Shown in pieces: positions 40,545-49,807 of a stretch of 64,000 bases of DNA (position 1 is its first letter; the number at the start of each line of letters is the position of its first letter). The stretch lies in contig CAVPOC010000008.1 in assembly GCA_963706955.1 (NCBI GenBank), positions 608,001-672,000 of the forward strand. The letters run 5' to 3'. The translations under genes and the position numbers were made by a program. This DNA comes from an uncultured Verrucomicrobiae bacterium (GTDB lineage Bacteria; Verrucomicrobiota; Verrucomicrobiia; Chthoniobacterales; Terrimicrobiaceae). Below the pieces are notes generated by a model. That model was not told the DNA's origin, ran no database searches, and saw only the letters and a list, made by a program, of their open reading frames with translations.

Positions 40545-41584
40545 ACGCCACAGAACAAGCTACCATCGAAGCTGGCTTCCCCGTGGAGATCGGCAGAATC
40601 GACAAGGAGCTGGGAAAATTATGGGACGAGGTCGGGGATACCAAAACGCGTGCTTCCCTCGTCAATTTGGCCATCTTCACGGAGGATGCCAACTCTGTCG
40701 CTGCTAACACGGAGCTGATTTCAAAGATCGCTAGCCAATACGCCTGTCGGGCGCTCCTCATCTTCGCCAATCCTGCGGCTACTCAGCCAGGGGCCAAGGC
40801 ATGGATCAACGCCCACTGCCATTTGGCGGGCAAAGGCGAACGACAGATTTGCTCAGAGCAGATCACCTTTCAACTCGACGGCGAACTGGTTAGTGCCCTG
40901 CCGAACATCGTCTTCTCTCACCTTGATTCTGACTTGCCGCTCTATTTTTGGTGGCAAGGCGAATTTCGCGAACCTCTCGACAAAAAGCTCTGGGGCTGGG
41001 TGGACCGATTGATTTACGATAGCGCCGAATGGAATACTCCGACGGAGCAGTTTCAGCTGGTCAGAAAAATCCGCTCCCTGACCGAAGTGCGGACGATTTT
41101 GTGTGACTTGAATTGGACCCGGCTGATCGGATCCCGCTTCGCCTTGGCTCAGCTCTTCGATCATTCGTGCGCGCTGGCACGCGTAGGGAAAATCCAAAAG
41201 GTGTCGATTTCTTGCGCCAATCACACCGCCGGTCTTCTTTTGCTCGGTTGGCTGGCTGCTCAACTCGGCTGGAAATTGCAGCCGACAAAGGATTTTTTTA
41301 TTTCCGGCACTGGCAGACGCATCGATTTCGAGATTCAGACAACTGGAGGTCCGATCCTGACCAGATGCGCTTTCGACTGCGAGGATGCCACGCTCGAGAT
41401 CTGGCGCGAACCGAACTCCGAATACTTTCAGGCGCGCGTTGGCTGCGAAGGTATCTCCGATGCGGTGATGCTGGTCCCAGCGGGCAGAAGTGAACCGGCC
41501 GACATTCTCGTGACTGAGCTGAGTCGCGGCGGCAACCACCCTCTTTACAGAAAAAGTCTCGCCGCCATCGATGCCCTCTTCTAG
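40541..41584 (+). CDS. opcA: G6PDH assembly protein OpcA
   Basis: GTGA overlap with zwf; CSEQI, DLPLYFWW, DRLIYDS, DLNWTRL. Confidence 0.9.
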   Translation: MNATEQATIEAGFPVEIGRIDKELGKLWDEVGDTKTRASLVNLAIFTEDANSVAANTELISKIASQYACRALLIFANPAATQPGAKAWINAHCHLAGKGERQICSEQITFQLDGELVSALPNIVFSHLDSDLPLYFWWQGEFREPLDKKLWGWVDRLIYDSAEWNTPTEQFQLVRKIRSLTEVRTILCDLNWTRLIGSRFALAQLFDHSCALARVGKIQKVSISCANHTAGLLLLGWLAAQLGWKLQPTKDFFISGTGRRIDFEIQTTGGPILTRCAFDCEDATLEIWREPNSEYFQARVGCEGISDAVMLVPAGRSEPADILVTELSRGGNHPLYRKSLAAIDALF

Positions 41585-41616
41585 CCCCGTTATCGCTTCT
41601 GGGCCAGACTGTCGCG

Positions 41617-42408
41617 TTATTCGTCGGGGAAATGGTTAAGAGCTTGCGTCTTTTTCCACCGCAGCGATTTGCTGATTGAGGTCGTGACGTAATCCTTGGC
41701 CGCGAGCACAGCGTCGTAAAGAGATCGACCTCGCGCGAGCCCGGCGGCAATGGCTGCCGAATACGTGCAGCCCGTTCCATGCGTCTTGACGCCGGGAACG
41801 AACGGCGCCGCAAATTCGTCAAGACTCTTCGGGGTCACCAAAACGTCAATGGCGAGCTTGCCGCGCAAATGCCCACCTTTCAGCAGGAATGCACATCCAT
41901 AGAGCTCCGCTAGATACTTTCCGGCGTCCTTTACCTCATCGAGGCTGCGGATATCGCCTTCAGCGAGAATGCGCAGCTCGTCGAGATTAGGAGTTATCAC
42001 CGTAGCCAGTGGAAACAGCTCTTTTCGATAAGCGGTGATCGCCGACTTCTGCAGCAAGGAGTCACCGCTGCTGGCAACCATCACCGGATCCACGACAAGC
42101 TTTGTTCGCTTTCCCGACAACTCGCGAGCTACGATTTTGATGATCGCCGAGGAATAGAGCATTCCGGTTTTGGCCGAGGAAATGGGAAATGCAGAAAAGC
42201 TGAGGGCAATCTGCTCGCCCACCACGTCCGGTCGAACCGTCTGTATAGCCGACACCTTACCCGGAACTTCGGCCACCACACACGTAATGGCAGTTAGCCC
42301 GTAGCAGCCAAGATACGAAAGCGTTTTCAGGTCCGCCTGGGCGCCAGCGCCGGCGCTGTTGTCCGAACCGGCGATCGAGAGAACGACCGGCCTGCTTCGA
42401 GAAGTCAC
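41617..42408 (-). CDS. thiD: Hydroxymethylpyrimidine/phosphomethylpyrimidine kinase
   Basis: IAGSDNSAGAGAQADLK, KTGML, DPVM, TPNLDE, KGGH, THGTGC. Confidence 0.95.
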   Translation of the reverse strand: MTSRSRPVVLSIAGSDNSAGAGAQADLKTLSYLGCYGLTAITCVVAEVPGKVSAIQTVRPDVVGEQIALSFSAFPISSAKTGMLYSSAIIKIVARELSGKRTKLVVDPVMVASSGDSLLQKSAITAYRKELFPLATVITPNLDELRILAEGDIRSLDEVKDAGKYLAELYGCAFLLKGGHLRGKLAIDVLVTPKSLDEFAAPFVPGVKTHGTGCTYSAAIAAGLARGRSLYDAVLAAKDYVTTSISKSLRWKKTQALNHFPDE

Positions 42409-42493
42409 GGGAGGCCGATCAGGCGAGCGCTAAGGCTCGAACGGGCTGAACTTCCGCGAGGCATTCTTCCCGATCGAGCATTATGCTATGCCC

Positions 42494-43173
42494 TTACCGT
42501 TCGCGATTGCCGAAAACGATGAACAAGTAATAGACGAGTGTGCCAAGAGAGGCGACGAACGCCGCAACGTAGGTGAGTGCGGCCGCATCGAGCACCTGAT
42601 TACGCCGCCCGCTTCTTCGCCCGGGCGGATGATATCCATCTGTTGCAAGATGATCTTCGCGCGGCGCGAGGCATCAAACTCCACCGGCAAAGTAATCAAC
42701 TGGAACAGTGTCAGCACGAGGTAAACGCCTACGGCCAGCAAAGCCAGTTTCATGAGGCCAAAGAAGAGCCCGCCCAGGAAGATAAAGGGCAACATATTCG
42801 AAGCAAACTGCGTGACGGGAACAATCGCCATGCGAAGTTTCAGTGGCGCATAACCCTTCTGATCCTGGATGGCGTGCCCACACTCGTGCGCGGCGATGCC
42901 CAGCGCAGCAACCGAAGGCGTATTGTAAACATCTGTGGAGAGACACAGCCGTTTGTTCGTCGGATCATAGTGATCGCCAAGCATGTCGTTTATCTCCACC
43001 ACCTCGACATCGCGGATGTTAGCCGCAGCAAGAATATCACGCGCCGCCTGCGCACCGGTCACACCGGAGGTCGCGGCGATTTGCTTCCAGCGGCCAAAGG
43101 CGCTCGATACGCGCATCTGAGCCCACAGCCCAACGAGCAGCGGAACGCCTATTAAGAAAAGCCAAGTCATCAT
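42494..43173 (-). CDS. YugP-like membrane zinc metallopeptidase with a -1 frameshift near 42601
   Basis: DHYDP, AAHECGHAIQ, TLPVEFDASRRA; the alternative frame restores NQVLDAAALTYVAAF...GNRER*. Confidence 0.88.
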
Positions 43174-43333
43174 AGTGCTGCAATGTATTACGAACTCTCC
43201 GACAATCAACCCGATCCGGCGTTCAACGAAATCGATCAAGCAACTCTCGTCTGTGATGAATTTTTGTAAGTTGCGGCTCCTTGCACGCAGTTCGCCAGTT
43301 GCTCAGTTCACCGGTCGATTGGGCGAATTTACG

Positions 43334-44455
43334 CTAAAGTTCGAGTTGCTTGGGGAAGTTGCTGATGAGCTTATGACCCCGATCAGTGATTACGACGACG
43401 TCTTCATGCCGAACGCCTCCCACACCCGGCCAATAGATGCCCGGTTCGACCGTAAACACCTGACCGGTTCGAAACGTCGCCGCCGCAAATCGGGGTTCCT
43501 CGTGAATTTCAAGACCAAGCCCGTGACCGGTCCCGTGAAAGAACCCGCTCCAGCGGCCGTCTTTGATGGCCGTCGGATAGCCCCTCTTGGCAAAGAAGGC
43601 TTTCGTTTCCTCATGAATCCTTTCGCCTTTGAGACCTGGCCGGAGCGCCTGCAAGACGCGCTGTTGCCCAACAAGGCAGGTCTCCCAGATGTGTCTCTGC
43701 GCATCACTGGCCCTCCCGCGAACTACCGTGCGCGTGAGGTCCCCAAAATAGCCAGTGCGAGAGTCGCGTGGGAAGATGTCCAGGATGATTAGTTGGTTTG
43801 CCGAGAGAGGACCCCTCCCGCGCTCGTGCGGGTCGCAGGCCATTTCACCACAAGCAACAATCGTATCGCCTCGCGCCTCTCCTCCCGCACGCACTACAGC
43901 GAGTTCCATTTCAATGCGCAGGTCTTCCGCAGACAGGATCCGCCCTCTCCACCGCAGTATGCCGTCTTTCCGAACCTTGGTGCCTCTCAAAACCTCATGA
44001 CCGCGCGCCATACCCGCCTCTGCAATACGAAGAGCCTCTTCGAGAGCCTTCACTTCCTGCGGCGTCTTGAACTGGCGTTGCGGCCAAAAAGTCCCGTCCG
44101 CAGCCTCAAGGCGAATCCGCTCGCCTTGCAAGCTCTGGGCAAGCCCAAGGGGAAAATCCCGCGGCGTCACCACGTGCCTGACGCCGCGGCGCTTCAGGAA
44201 TTCGCCGACTACCTTGGCGAAAGTGGGTTTGTGCTTCTTTCCCCGCTGAAGTTCCTTTTCCAGCTCCGAATAACTGGCGACCTCGTCAACTCGCGCTTCG
44301 CGGCGGCCGCGATCGACCTCGAGATCGCTCAGCAACAAAACGGTTCGTCTTCGCGACTCGAGAAAGACAAATGCATCCGGCGCCCTGAATCGTGTGGCAT
44401 ACAACATGTCAGCCGAAGTCTCGCTGGCAGCGATGATAAGTCGTGCTGGTTTCAC
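43334..44455 (-). CDS. M24 Xaa-Pro peptidase
   Basis: DIFP..GYFGDLTRT, HGTGHGLGLEIHE, TVEPGIY, GVRHED. Confidence 0.93.
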   Translation of the reverse strand: MKPARLIIAASETSADMLYATRFRAPDAFVFLESRRRTVLLLSDLEVDRGRREARVDEVASYSELEKELQRGKKHKPTFAKVVGEFLKRRGVRHVVTPRDFPLGLAQSLQGERIRLEAADGTFWPQRQFKTPQEVKALEEALRIAEAGMARGHEVLRGTKVRKDGILRWRGRILSAEDLRIEMELAVVRAGGEARGDTIVACGEMACDPHERGRGPLSANQLIILDIFPRDSRTGYFGDLTRTVVRGRASDAQRHIWETCLVGQQRVLQALRPGLKGERIHEETKAFFAKRGYPTAIKDGRWSGFFHGTGHGLGLEIHEEPRFAAATFRTGQVFTVEPGIYWPGVGGVRHEDVVVITDRGHKLISNFPKQLEL

Positions 44456-44627
44456 TGAGACTGAGTCTTGCGTAAGCCGGGCTTGCCTGTCTCACATTTT
44501 CTCGGTTTGCGGGTGAGATTTTCTCAAACATTCCGTAAAGCAAGGGGACGCATGGCGCATCGAAGTAAAGGAACCACTCTCGCCTACGAATTCTGCCCGA
44601 GCCGAGAAGCCGGACGCGCGTGTTCGC

Positions 44628-45536
44628 TTGCACCGTTGGACCCGCCTCAGCTCGAAGAAATGGGAAGATGCATGGGCTGAGCGTCTGCGATTTCTGGGAC
44701 CCTCCAAGGTGGTTTTCGTCACCTGGCCCAGCTCCAATGCCCTCAAGATCGAGGCGTACTGCCAACAACGCCAGGCGAGAGAACTCGTCAGCCGATTCGG
44801 CGGACGCGTCACTAAGGTCTCGGAGCATATCTGGACGGGTGACCCTGCACATCCACGCGCTCCATTATCGATCCGCGGAAAGCTGAAAGTCTTTTCAGAT
44901 CGACAACAGTGGCGGCAGTGGAAGCAGAGCCATTCGAGGGTCGCCGGGATCTTTATTCCCGCAGGGATGGCCTTCGGCACCGGCGAGCATGCCACGACGG
45001 CGACCTGCTTACGGCTGCTCGCGGACATTACCGAAGACGTTCCCGCCAACTTCACCGGTCTTGACCTCGGGACGGGCGCGGGAATCCTGGCAATCGCCGC
45101 GAAGGCTCTCGGAGCCGGCAGAGTCGCTGCTGTGGACTTTGATCGTGTCGCCGTCCGCATTGCCAAGCAAAACGCCCTTACCAATGGATTCTCGACGATA
45201 AAGATTTCCCACGCCGACGTCCTAACGCTCACCGTTCGCAGACCTTTCGATATTGTCCTTGCCAACCTCTTCAGCGACGTCTTGGTCCAAGCGGCGTCGC
45301 GTATTGCCCGAGTAACCCGACCTGGCGGGTGGTTGGTTTTCTCCGGTGTCCTCCGCGATCAAGTGCGGCCAGTCGCCGAGGCTTTCCTGGCCGCGGGCTT
45401 CGCAGACCCTCGCATCATCCTCCACGGAAAATGGTGCGCAGGAGTGTGTCAGAGAAAGTCCAGCCATACCTCCACGCCGCGAAGGCGCCGGATCGCACCA
45501 GGCCGGAGGCGGATTGGGAGGATATTCGGCAAATAG
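44628..45536 (+). CDS. prmA: Ribosomal protein L11 methyltransferase (extended C-terminus)
   Basis: PAGMAFGTGEHATT, DLGTGAGIL, VLANL, FSGV. Confidence 0.9.
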   Translation: MHRWTRLSSKKWEDAWAERLRFLGPSKVVFVTWPSSNALKIEAYCQQRQARELVSRFGGRVTKVSEHIWTGDPAHPRAPLSIRGKLKVFSDRQQWRQWKQSHSRVAGIFIPAGMAFGTGEHATTATCLRLLADITEDVPANFTGLDLGTGAGILAIAAKALGAGRVAAVDFDRVAVRIAKQNALTNGFSTIKISHADVLTLTVRRPFDIVLANLFSDVLVQAASRIARVTRPGGWLVFSGVLRDQVRPVAEAFLAAGFADPRIILHGKWCAGVCQRKSSHTSTPRRRRIAPGRRRIGRIFGK

Positions 45537-45640
45537 TTCGAATCTGCAGACTGAATCTCGATAACGCCGAATTTCGCGAAATCGTTCTCCGCTATGGTGG
45601 CGAGGAAGCCATCCGACGCGTAGAGTCATTTGAAAAATGA
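45470..45640 (+). pseudogene. Probable 3' remnant of a nucleotidyltransferase-like gene
   Basis: LHAAK..R....DWEDIRQIVR...FREIVLRYG; no convincing start of its own; stop forms an ATGA overlap with the next ORF. Confidence 0.45.
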
Positions 45641-45843
45641 AGACCGATGTCCAAGCCGCCGCTTTTGAGCCGTTTGATCTTCCCGTCTTCGAAGTGCCAG
45701 CCATGGAGCAGCGACCAGCGAATCTCTCGTGGGAAGCGGTTATGAGAGAGACCGAATTGGTTCGGCGGTACTATCTCGACCATTACGACACCCCCGAAAA
45801 GCGCCTTCGCGACAAGAATCCAGAGCCGTTTCGGATGGATTAG
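45637..45843 (+). CDS. Small hypothetical protein (68 aa)
   Basis: ATGA-coupled; FDLP...RLRDKNPEPFRMD. Confidence 0.6.
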   Translation: MKTDVQAAAFEPFDLPVFEVPAMEQRPANLSWEAVMRETELVRRYYLDHYDTPEKRLRDKNPEPFRMD

Positions 45844-45875
45844 ACTCGCGCGGCCGGCGTGCCAATGCCTTCGAC

Positions 45876-45919
45876 GTAGATCCAATGAAGCTCGACGAAG
45901 ACGGGACGCCGCATCTACA
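45876..45919. repeat. Degenerate REP-like doublet
   Basis: GTAGAT...ATCTAC inverted ends; - strand TGTAGATGCGGCGTCCCG. Confidence 0.4.
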
Positions 45920-45959
45920 AAGTTCGGCCGCGCTCTCTGCAACCGGCGGCGACTGCTGT

Positions 45960-45994
45960 CTCTCAACTCTTACCTCTCAACCATCAACTCTTTT
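45960..45994 (+). repeat. Imperfect heptamer tandem repeat (CTCTCAA)
   Basis: CTCTCAA CTCTTAC CTCTCAA CCATCAA CTCTTTT. Confidence 0.7.
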
Positions 45995-45999
45995 ATAGA

Positions 46000-46029
46000 T
46001 TGACGGCTTCTTCCCCGCGCCAGTAGTTT
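46000..46029 (+). promoter_or_regulatory. Candidate sigma70 promoter for ndk
   Basis: TTGACG-N18-TAGTTT, about 40 nt upstream of the ndk ORF. Confidence 0.4.
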
Positions 46030-46068
46030 TCCCGGTCCGCTCATGACCGGTTACTGCCCTGTCTGGGC

Positions 46069-47232
46069 GTGAAAAGCCGCATGGAGCTCTCTTACGTTAT
46101 CATCACACCCTATTCGATCCGGAAGTCGCGGACAGGCGGAATCTTGTCGCGCATCCTGTCTCGATCGGGTCTAGAGCTGGCGGCGGCCCGGATGTTTGCT
46201 CCTAGTCATGAATTGGTCGACGAGTTTGTCGCAGCGTTGATACCCGAAGGAACCAAGCGACACCAAGCGCAGGAACTCCTCCGCCAATATATCTTGAAGA
46301 ACTTTTCACCCGATACGGAGAGCCTGCGTCAGCGAGTTCTCCTGTTAGTTCTCCGGGGAGAAAACGCGGTCCTGCAAACCCGCGCGATCACCGGTCACAT
46401 CGTCCAGGAGCACCCTCGCGGAGAGACGATCCGCGACACCTACGGTGATTACATCGTGGAAGACGGGCGGCTCGTCTATTTCGAACCGGCAGTGCTCGCC
46501 GCACAAGATTCCGATTCGGCGCGGAAGCACCTGGCAATCTGGGCAAAATATTCCGACTCCGATGGCGGGATTTTGGATGATTGCATTCCCTACCCCGCGG
46601 GTGAAAATGTCGAAAAGACGTTGGTCTTGATCAAACCCGACAATTTTCGCTTTCCGAATGCGCGGTTAGGGGGTGTGGTTGATCTCTTTTCACGTGCAGG
46701 ACTCTCGATCATCGGTTTCAAGGTTCACAACATGAGCGTGGCAGAAGCCGAGGAATTCTACCGGCCGGTGCTGGATGCCATGGTTTCGAAATTGACCGGC
46801 ACCAGCGGAAGACGGGCTCGCGTTGCGCTCGAAGAGGAATTCGGCGTCGCGATGAACGACTCAATAGAACACCAACTTGGCGAACTCATCGGGCCCTTGG
46901 CTGGTCGTAGCTATTGGGAGGGTATCATCCAGTTCATGGCGGGGACCCGTCCCAGTGAATGCTCGCCCGAGCGCCACACCGTCGCTGGAAATCAAAAGTG
47001 CGTCGCCCTCGTGTACCAAGGGGTTGATGCGGTCCTCAAGATTCGCGAAGTCCTCGGACCGACCGATCCGGCGAAAGCGCCTTTTGGGACGATTCGTCGC
47101 GAATTTGGTCAAACCATTATGATCAACGCCGCCCACGCCTCCGACTCGGCAGAAAACGCCAAGCGCGAGATGGACATTATTCGCGTCGCAGAAAACAATC
47201 TTCAACCACTTATCTACGCTCACCTCTCCTAA
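46069..47232 (+). CDS. ndk: Nucleoside diphosphate kinase, two-domain form
   Basis: TLVLIKPD, IREVLGPTDPAKAPFGTIR, NAAHASDS; the N-terminal half is a second NDK-like repeat (GETIRDTYG). Confidence 0.88.
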   Translation: MKSRMELSYVIITPYSIRKSRTGGILSRILSRSGLELAAARMFAPSHELVDEFVAALIPEGTKRHQAQELLRQYILKNFSPDTESLRQRVLLLVLRGENAVLQTRAITGHIVQEHPRGETIRDTYGDYIVEDGRLVYFEPAVLAAQDSDSARKHLAIWAKYSDSDGGILDDCIPYPAGENVEKTLVLIKPDNFRFPNARLGGVVDLFSRAGLSIIGFKVHNMSVAEAEEFYRPVLDAMVSKLTGTSGRRARVALEEEFGVAMNDSIEHQLGELIGPLAGRSYWEGIIQFMAGTRPSECSPERHTVAGNQKCVALVYQGVDAVLKIREVLGPTDPAKAPFGTIRREFGQTIMINAAHASDSAENAKREMDIIRVAENNLQPLIYAHLS

Positions 47233-47239
47233 AGAAAAC

Positions 47240-48403
47240 ATGCAACTTGCTACTCGCGTTCAAGAACTAACTCCCTCGCTCACCCTCGCCATCGACAGCA
47301 AAGCCAAAGCGCTCAAGGCCGAAGGCATCGACGTCTGCGGCTTCGGAGCTGGCGAGCCGGACATGGATACTCCAGAGCACATCAAGGCCGCTTGCATCGA
47401 AGCAATTCAAGCGGGCTTCACGAAATACACACCAAGCTCCGGCCTGCCAGAGCTGCGCCAGGCCATCTCGGAAAAGTTTAAGAAGGACAACAATCTCGAC
47501 TATAAGCCGAGCCAGATCATTGTCAGCAATGGTGCCAAGCAGTCGTGCTACAACGCGGTCACCGCAGTGTGCGATCCGGGCGACGAAGTAATCATCCCGG
47601 CACCCTATTGGTTGAGCTATCCGGAGATGGTTCGTCTGGCGGGAGCCGAGCCGGTCATCGTCGAGACGACCGAGCAGAGCGCTTGGAAGCTCACCGCGGA
47701 ACAGTTCGAAAACGCGATGACCCCTAAAACGAAGATGATCCTCATCAATTCGCCGGGCAACCCAACAGGATCGGTCTATACCCGCGAGGAGCTGCGCGCG
47801 ATCTCCGAGGTGGCCGCTGAAGAGGAAATCTATATTCTGTCGGACGAGATCTACGAACGCCTCATCTACGACGGCGCAGAGCATGTCAGCATTGCCTCAC
47901 TTACTCCCGAGGCGCACGATTTGACCATTACGGTGAACGGCTTTAGCAAGGCCTATGCGATGACGGGATGGCGATTGGGCTACTTGGGAGCTCCGGAGGC
48001 GATCGCCAAGGCCATCGATTCGATGCAAAGCCACAGCACCTCGAACCCATGTTCATTTGCTCAAAAGGGCGGAGTGGCTGCTCTCAAAGGCGATCAGCAA
48101 TGCGTCATCGATATGCGCGACGAGTTCGATATCCGCCGCGAATACATGTTCGATCGGCTCAGCAACATTTCCGGCCTGAGTGCTGTGCGCCCGACGGGAG
48201 CCTTCTACATTCTCGTCAACGTGAGCAGCTATGGACTAAAGTCGCAGAACTTTTCCGATCGCCTGCTCAGTAAGGCGAATGTAGCCGTCGTCCCCGGGAT
48301 CGCCTTCGGTGACGACCGGACGATCCGGCTCAGCTACGCCACGAGCCTCGATGTCATTAAGAAGGGGCTCGACCGCCTCGAGGATTTCTGCAAAACGCTT
48401 TGA
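47240..48403 (+). CDS. aspC: PLP-dependent class I aminotransferase (aspartate aminotransferase-like)
   Basis: GAGEPD, NSPGNPTG, SDEIYE, GFSKAYAMTGWRLGY, IRLSYA. Confidence 0.9.
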   Translation: MQLATRVQELTPSLTLAIDSKAKALKAEGIDVCGFGAGEPDMDTPEHIKAACIEAIQAGFTKYTPSSGLPELRQAISEKFKKDNNLDYKPSQIIVSNGAKQSCYNAVTAVCDPGDEVIIPAPYWLSYPEMVRLAGAEPVIVETTEQSAWKLTAEQFENAMTPKTKMILINSPGNPTGSVYTREELRAISEVAAEEEIYILSDEIYERLIYDGAEHVSIASLTPEAHDLTITVNGFSKAYAMTGWRLGYLGAPEAIAKAIDSMQSHSTSNPCSFAQKGGVAALKGDQQCVIDMRDEFDIRREYMFDRLSNISGLSAVRPTGAFYILVNVSSYGLKSQNFSDRLLSKANVAVVPGIAFGDDRTIRLSYATSLDVIKKGLDRLEDFCKTL

Positions 48404-48411
48404 GGCGTCCT

Positions 48412-48484
48412 TGTAGCGGCGATGTCCTCATCGCCGAAAACTAGTCAAGCGTGACGACACGACGGTGAGGACGCCGTCGCTACA
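48412..48484. repeat. Inverted REP-like doublet (REPIN-like) between convergent genes
   Basis: TGTAGCGGCGATGTCCTCATCGCCG ... CGACGGTGAGGACGCCGTCGCTACA. Confidence 0.8.
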
Positions 48485-48487
48485 GAA

Positions 48488-48733
48488 TTAGAGAGCTTCG
48501 ACGTTTACGCGACGGCCGTTCCGGTCGAACTTCACACGGCCGTCCACGAGAGCAAAAATGGTGTAATCGCGTCCGAGACCAACGTTACTGCCCGCAAGGA
48601 ATTTGCTGCCCCGCTGCCGTAGAATGATGTTTCCGGCGATCACGGACTCTCCTCCAAACTTTTTCACACCTAGACGCTTGCTTGCGCTGTCCCGTCCATT
48701 CTTGACGCTTCCTTGTCCCTTTTTGTGAGCCAT
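48488..48733 (-). CDS. rpmA: 50S ribosomal protein L27
   Basis: [22 protein letters not shown]. Confidence 0.97.
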   Translation of the reverse strand: MAHKKGQGSVKNGRDSASKRLGVKKFGGESVIAGNIILRQRGSKFLAGSNVGLGRDYTIFALVDGRVKFDRNGRRVNVEAL

Positions 48734-48742
48734 AAGCCTGAA

Positions 48743-49057
48743 CTAAGCGGTGATGGATTTGATCTTCAGCCGGGTCAGCTGGCGGCGGTGACCAACAGTC
48801 CGATGATAACCTTTGCGGCGCTTGTACTTGAAGGCAATGACCTTTGGCGCCTTGGTCTGCTCGAGAATCTCGACGGTGACTGCAGCGCCCGTCACCAGCG
48901 GAGCACCGATCGATACGGAGTTCCCATTCGACACCAGAAGAACCTCTTCGAATTTGGCATCGGCCCCCGGCTCGAAGGCAAGCTTTTCAACCTCAATGAC
49001 GTCACCTTCCGCGACGCGGTATTGCTTGCCACCGGTTTGTATCACTGCGTATGCCAT
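48743..49057 (-). CDS. rplU: 50S ribosomal protein L21
   Basis: MAYAVIQTGGKQYRV...FKYKRRKGYHRTVGHRR. Confidence 0.97.
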   Translation of the reverse strand: MAYAVIQTGGKQYRVAEGDVIEVEKLAFEPGADAKFEEVLLVSNGNSVSIGAPLVTGAAVTVEILEQTKAPKVIAFKYKRRKGYHRTVGHRRQLTRLKIKSITA

Positions 49058-49175
49058 GGGTTCGTCTCCTCTGTAGGAACCTGCGAGAATCCCACACCTC
49101 ACCTGCTCCAGCAAGCGAAATTTTTCCCTTGCGCGGGGGTTCGCGAACGGCAACCTTCGGCTCTCTCTCTGCTCT

Positions 49176-49255
49176 GCTCGGGTGGTGAAATGGCAGACAC
49201 GTACGTTTGAGGGGCGTATGCCGAAAGGCATGGGGGTTCAAGTCCCCCCCGAGCA
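49176..49255 (+). tRNA. tRNA-Leu(GAG)
   Basis: GCTCGGG acceptor, GGCAGACAC D-arm, TACGT-TTGAGGG-GCGTA anticodon arm, long variable arm, GGTTCAAGT; the C run is one base short of full pairing. Confidence 0.93.
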
Positions 49256-49260
49256 CTTGC

Positions 49261-49295
49261 TGAGGAGTTGAGAGCTGAAAGTTGAGTGTTGAGAG
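49261..49295 (-). repeat. Imperfect heptamer tandem repeat (CTCTCAA on -)
   Basis: TGAGGAG TTGAGAG CTGAAAG TTGAGTG TTGAGAG. Confidence 0.7.
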
Positions 49296-49303
49296 GTGAG
49301 GTC

Positions 49304-49741
49304 TCAAACTCGGACCAGCCTCCAGGAAACGGCCAAGGTCTTCTCGTCGAGTGTCATCCATGCCCAGCTGGGCGGGGCACCGCGGCTCGGGCCGCCGAGC
49401 GTCCCCGGGTTGAGGACGCGGGTCAGACCGACGATTTCGTCGCGAGGGATATGCGTGTGGCCGTGGAGGAGGAAATCTGCTCCGCCGATACGCGATGGAG
49501 GGATGTGAATGAGAAGAAAAGTTTTACCGGCCCGTTCGAGGAGCAGTTGGGGCGGCAGATTGAGGCCCCAGTCATTGTTACCGAGTATCCCATAAAAGGG
49601 CCTGCCGAGCGCCTTGAGGGCATCGAGGGTTTGCTGATCGCAATAGTCCCCGAGGTGCCAAATCTCGTCGGCCTTTCTCAATTGGCTTGCCGCCGAGGCA
49701 GGAAACCTATTGTGCGTGTCGGCAACGACGGCGATCAACAT
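49304..49741 (-). CDS. YfcE-like metallophosphoesterase
   Basis: ADTH, HLGD, GNND, HGHTH, NPG. Confidence 0.9.
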   Translation of the reverse strand: MLIAVVADTHNRFPASAASQLRKADEIWHLGDYCDQQTLDALKALGRPFYGILGNNDWGLNLPPQLLLERAGKTFLLIHIPPSRIGGADFLLHGHTHIPRDEIVGLTRVLNPGTLGGPSRGAPPSWAWMTLDEKTLAVSWRLVRV

Positions 49742-49807
49742 AGGCAGTGTTAACTCTTAAGCTTTCGGTGAAATCGCGCGCGGGCGCGTCCGCGTTTGAC
49801 GGGATGG

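Noticed and set aside
42409..42493. TPP riboswitch upstream of thiD
   Set aside because: The CTGAGA and other conserved TPP aptamer motifs are absent on the coding strand.
43291..43308. Possible sigma54 promoter (TGGCGA-N5-GTGCA on -) upstream of the yugP-like gene
   Set aside because: GG/GC spacing fits but the flanking consensus is weak, and such a match is likely by chance in GC-rich DNA.
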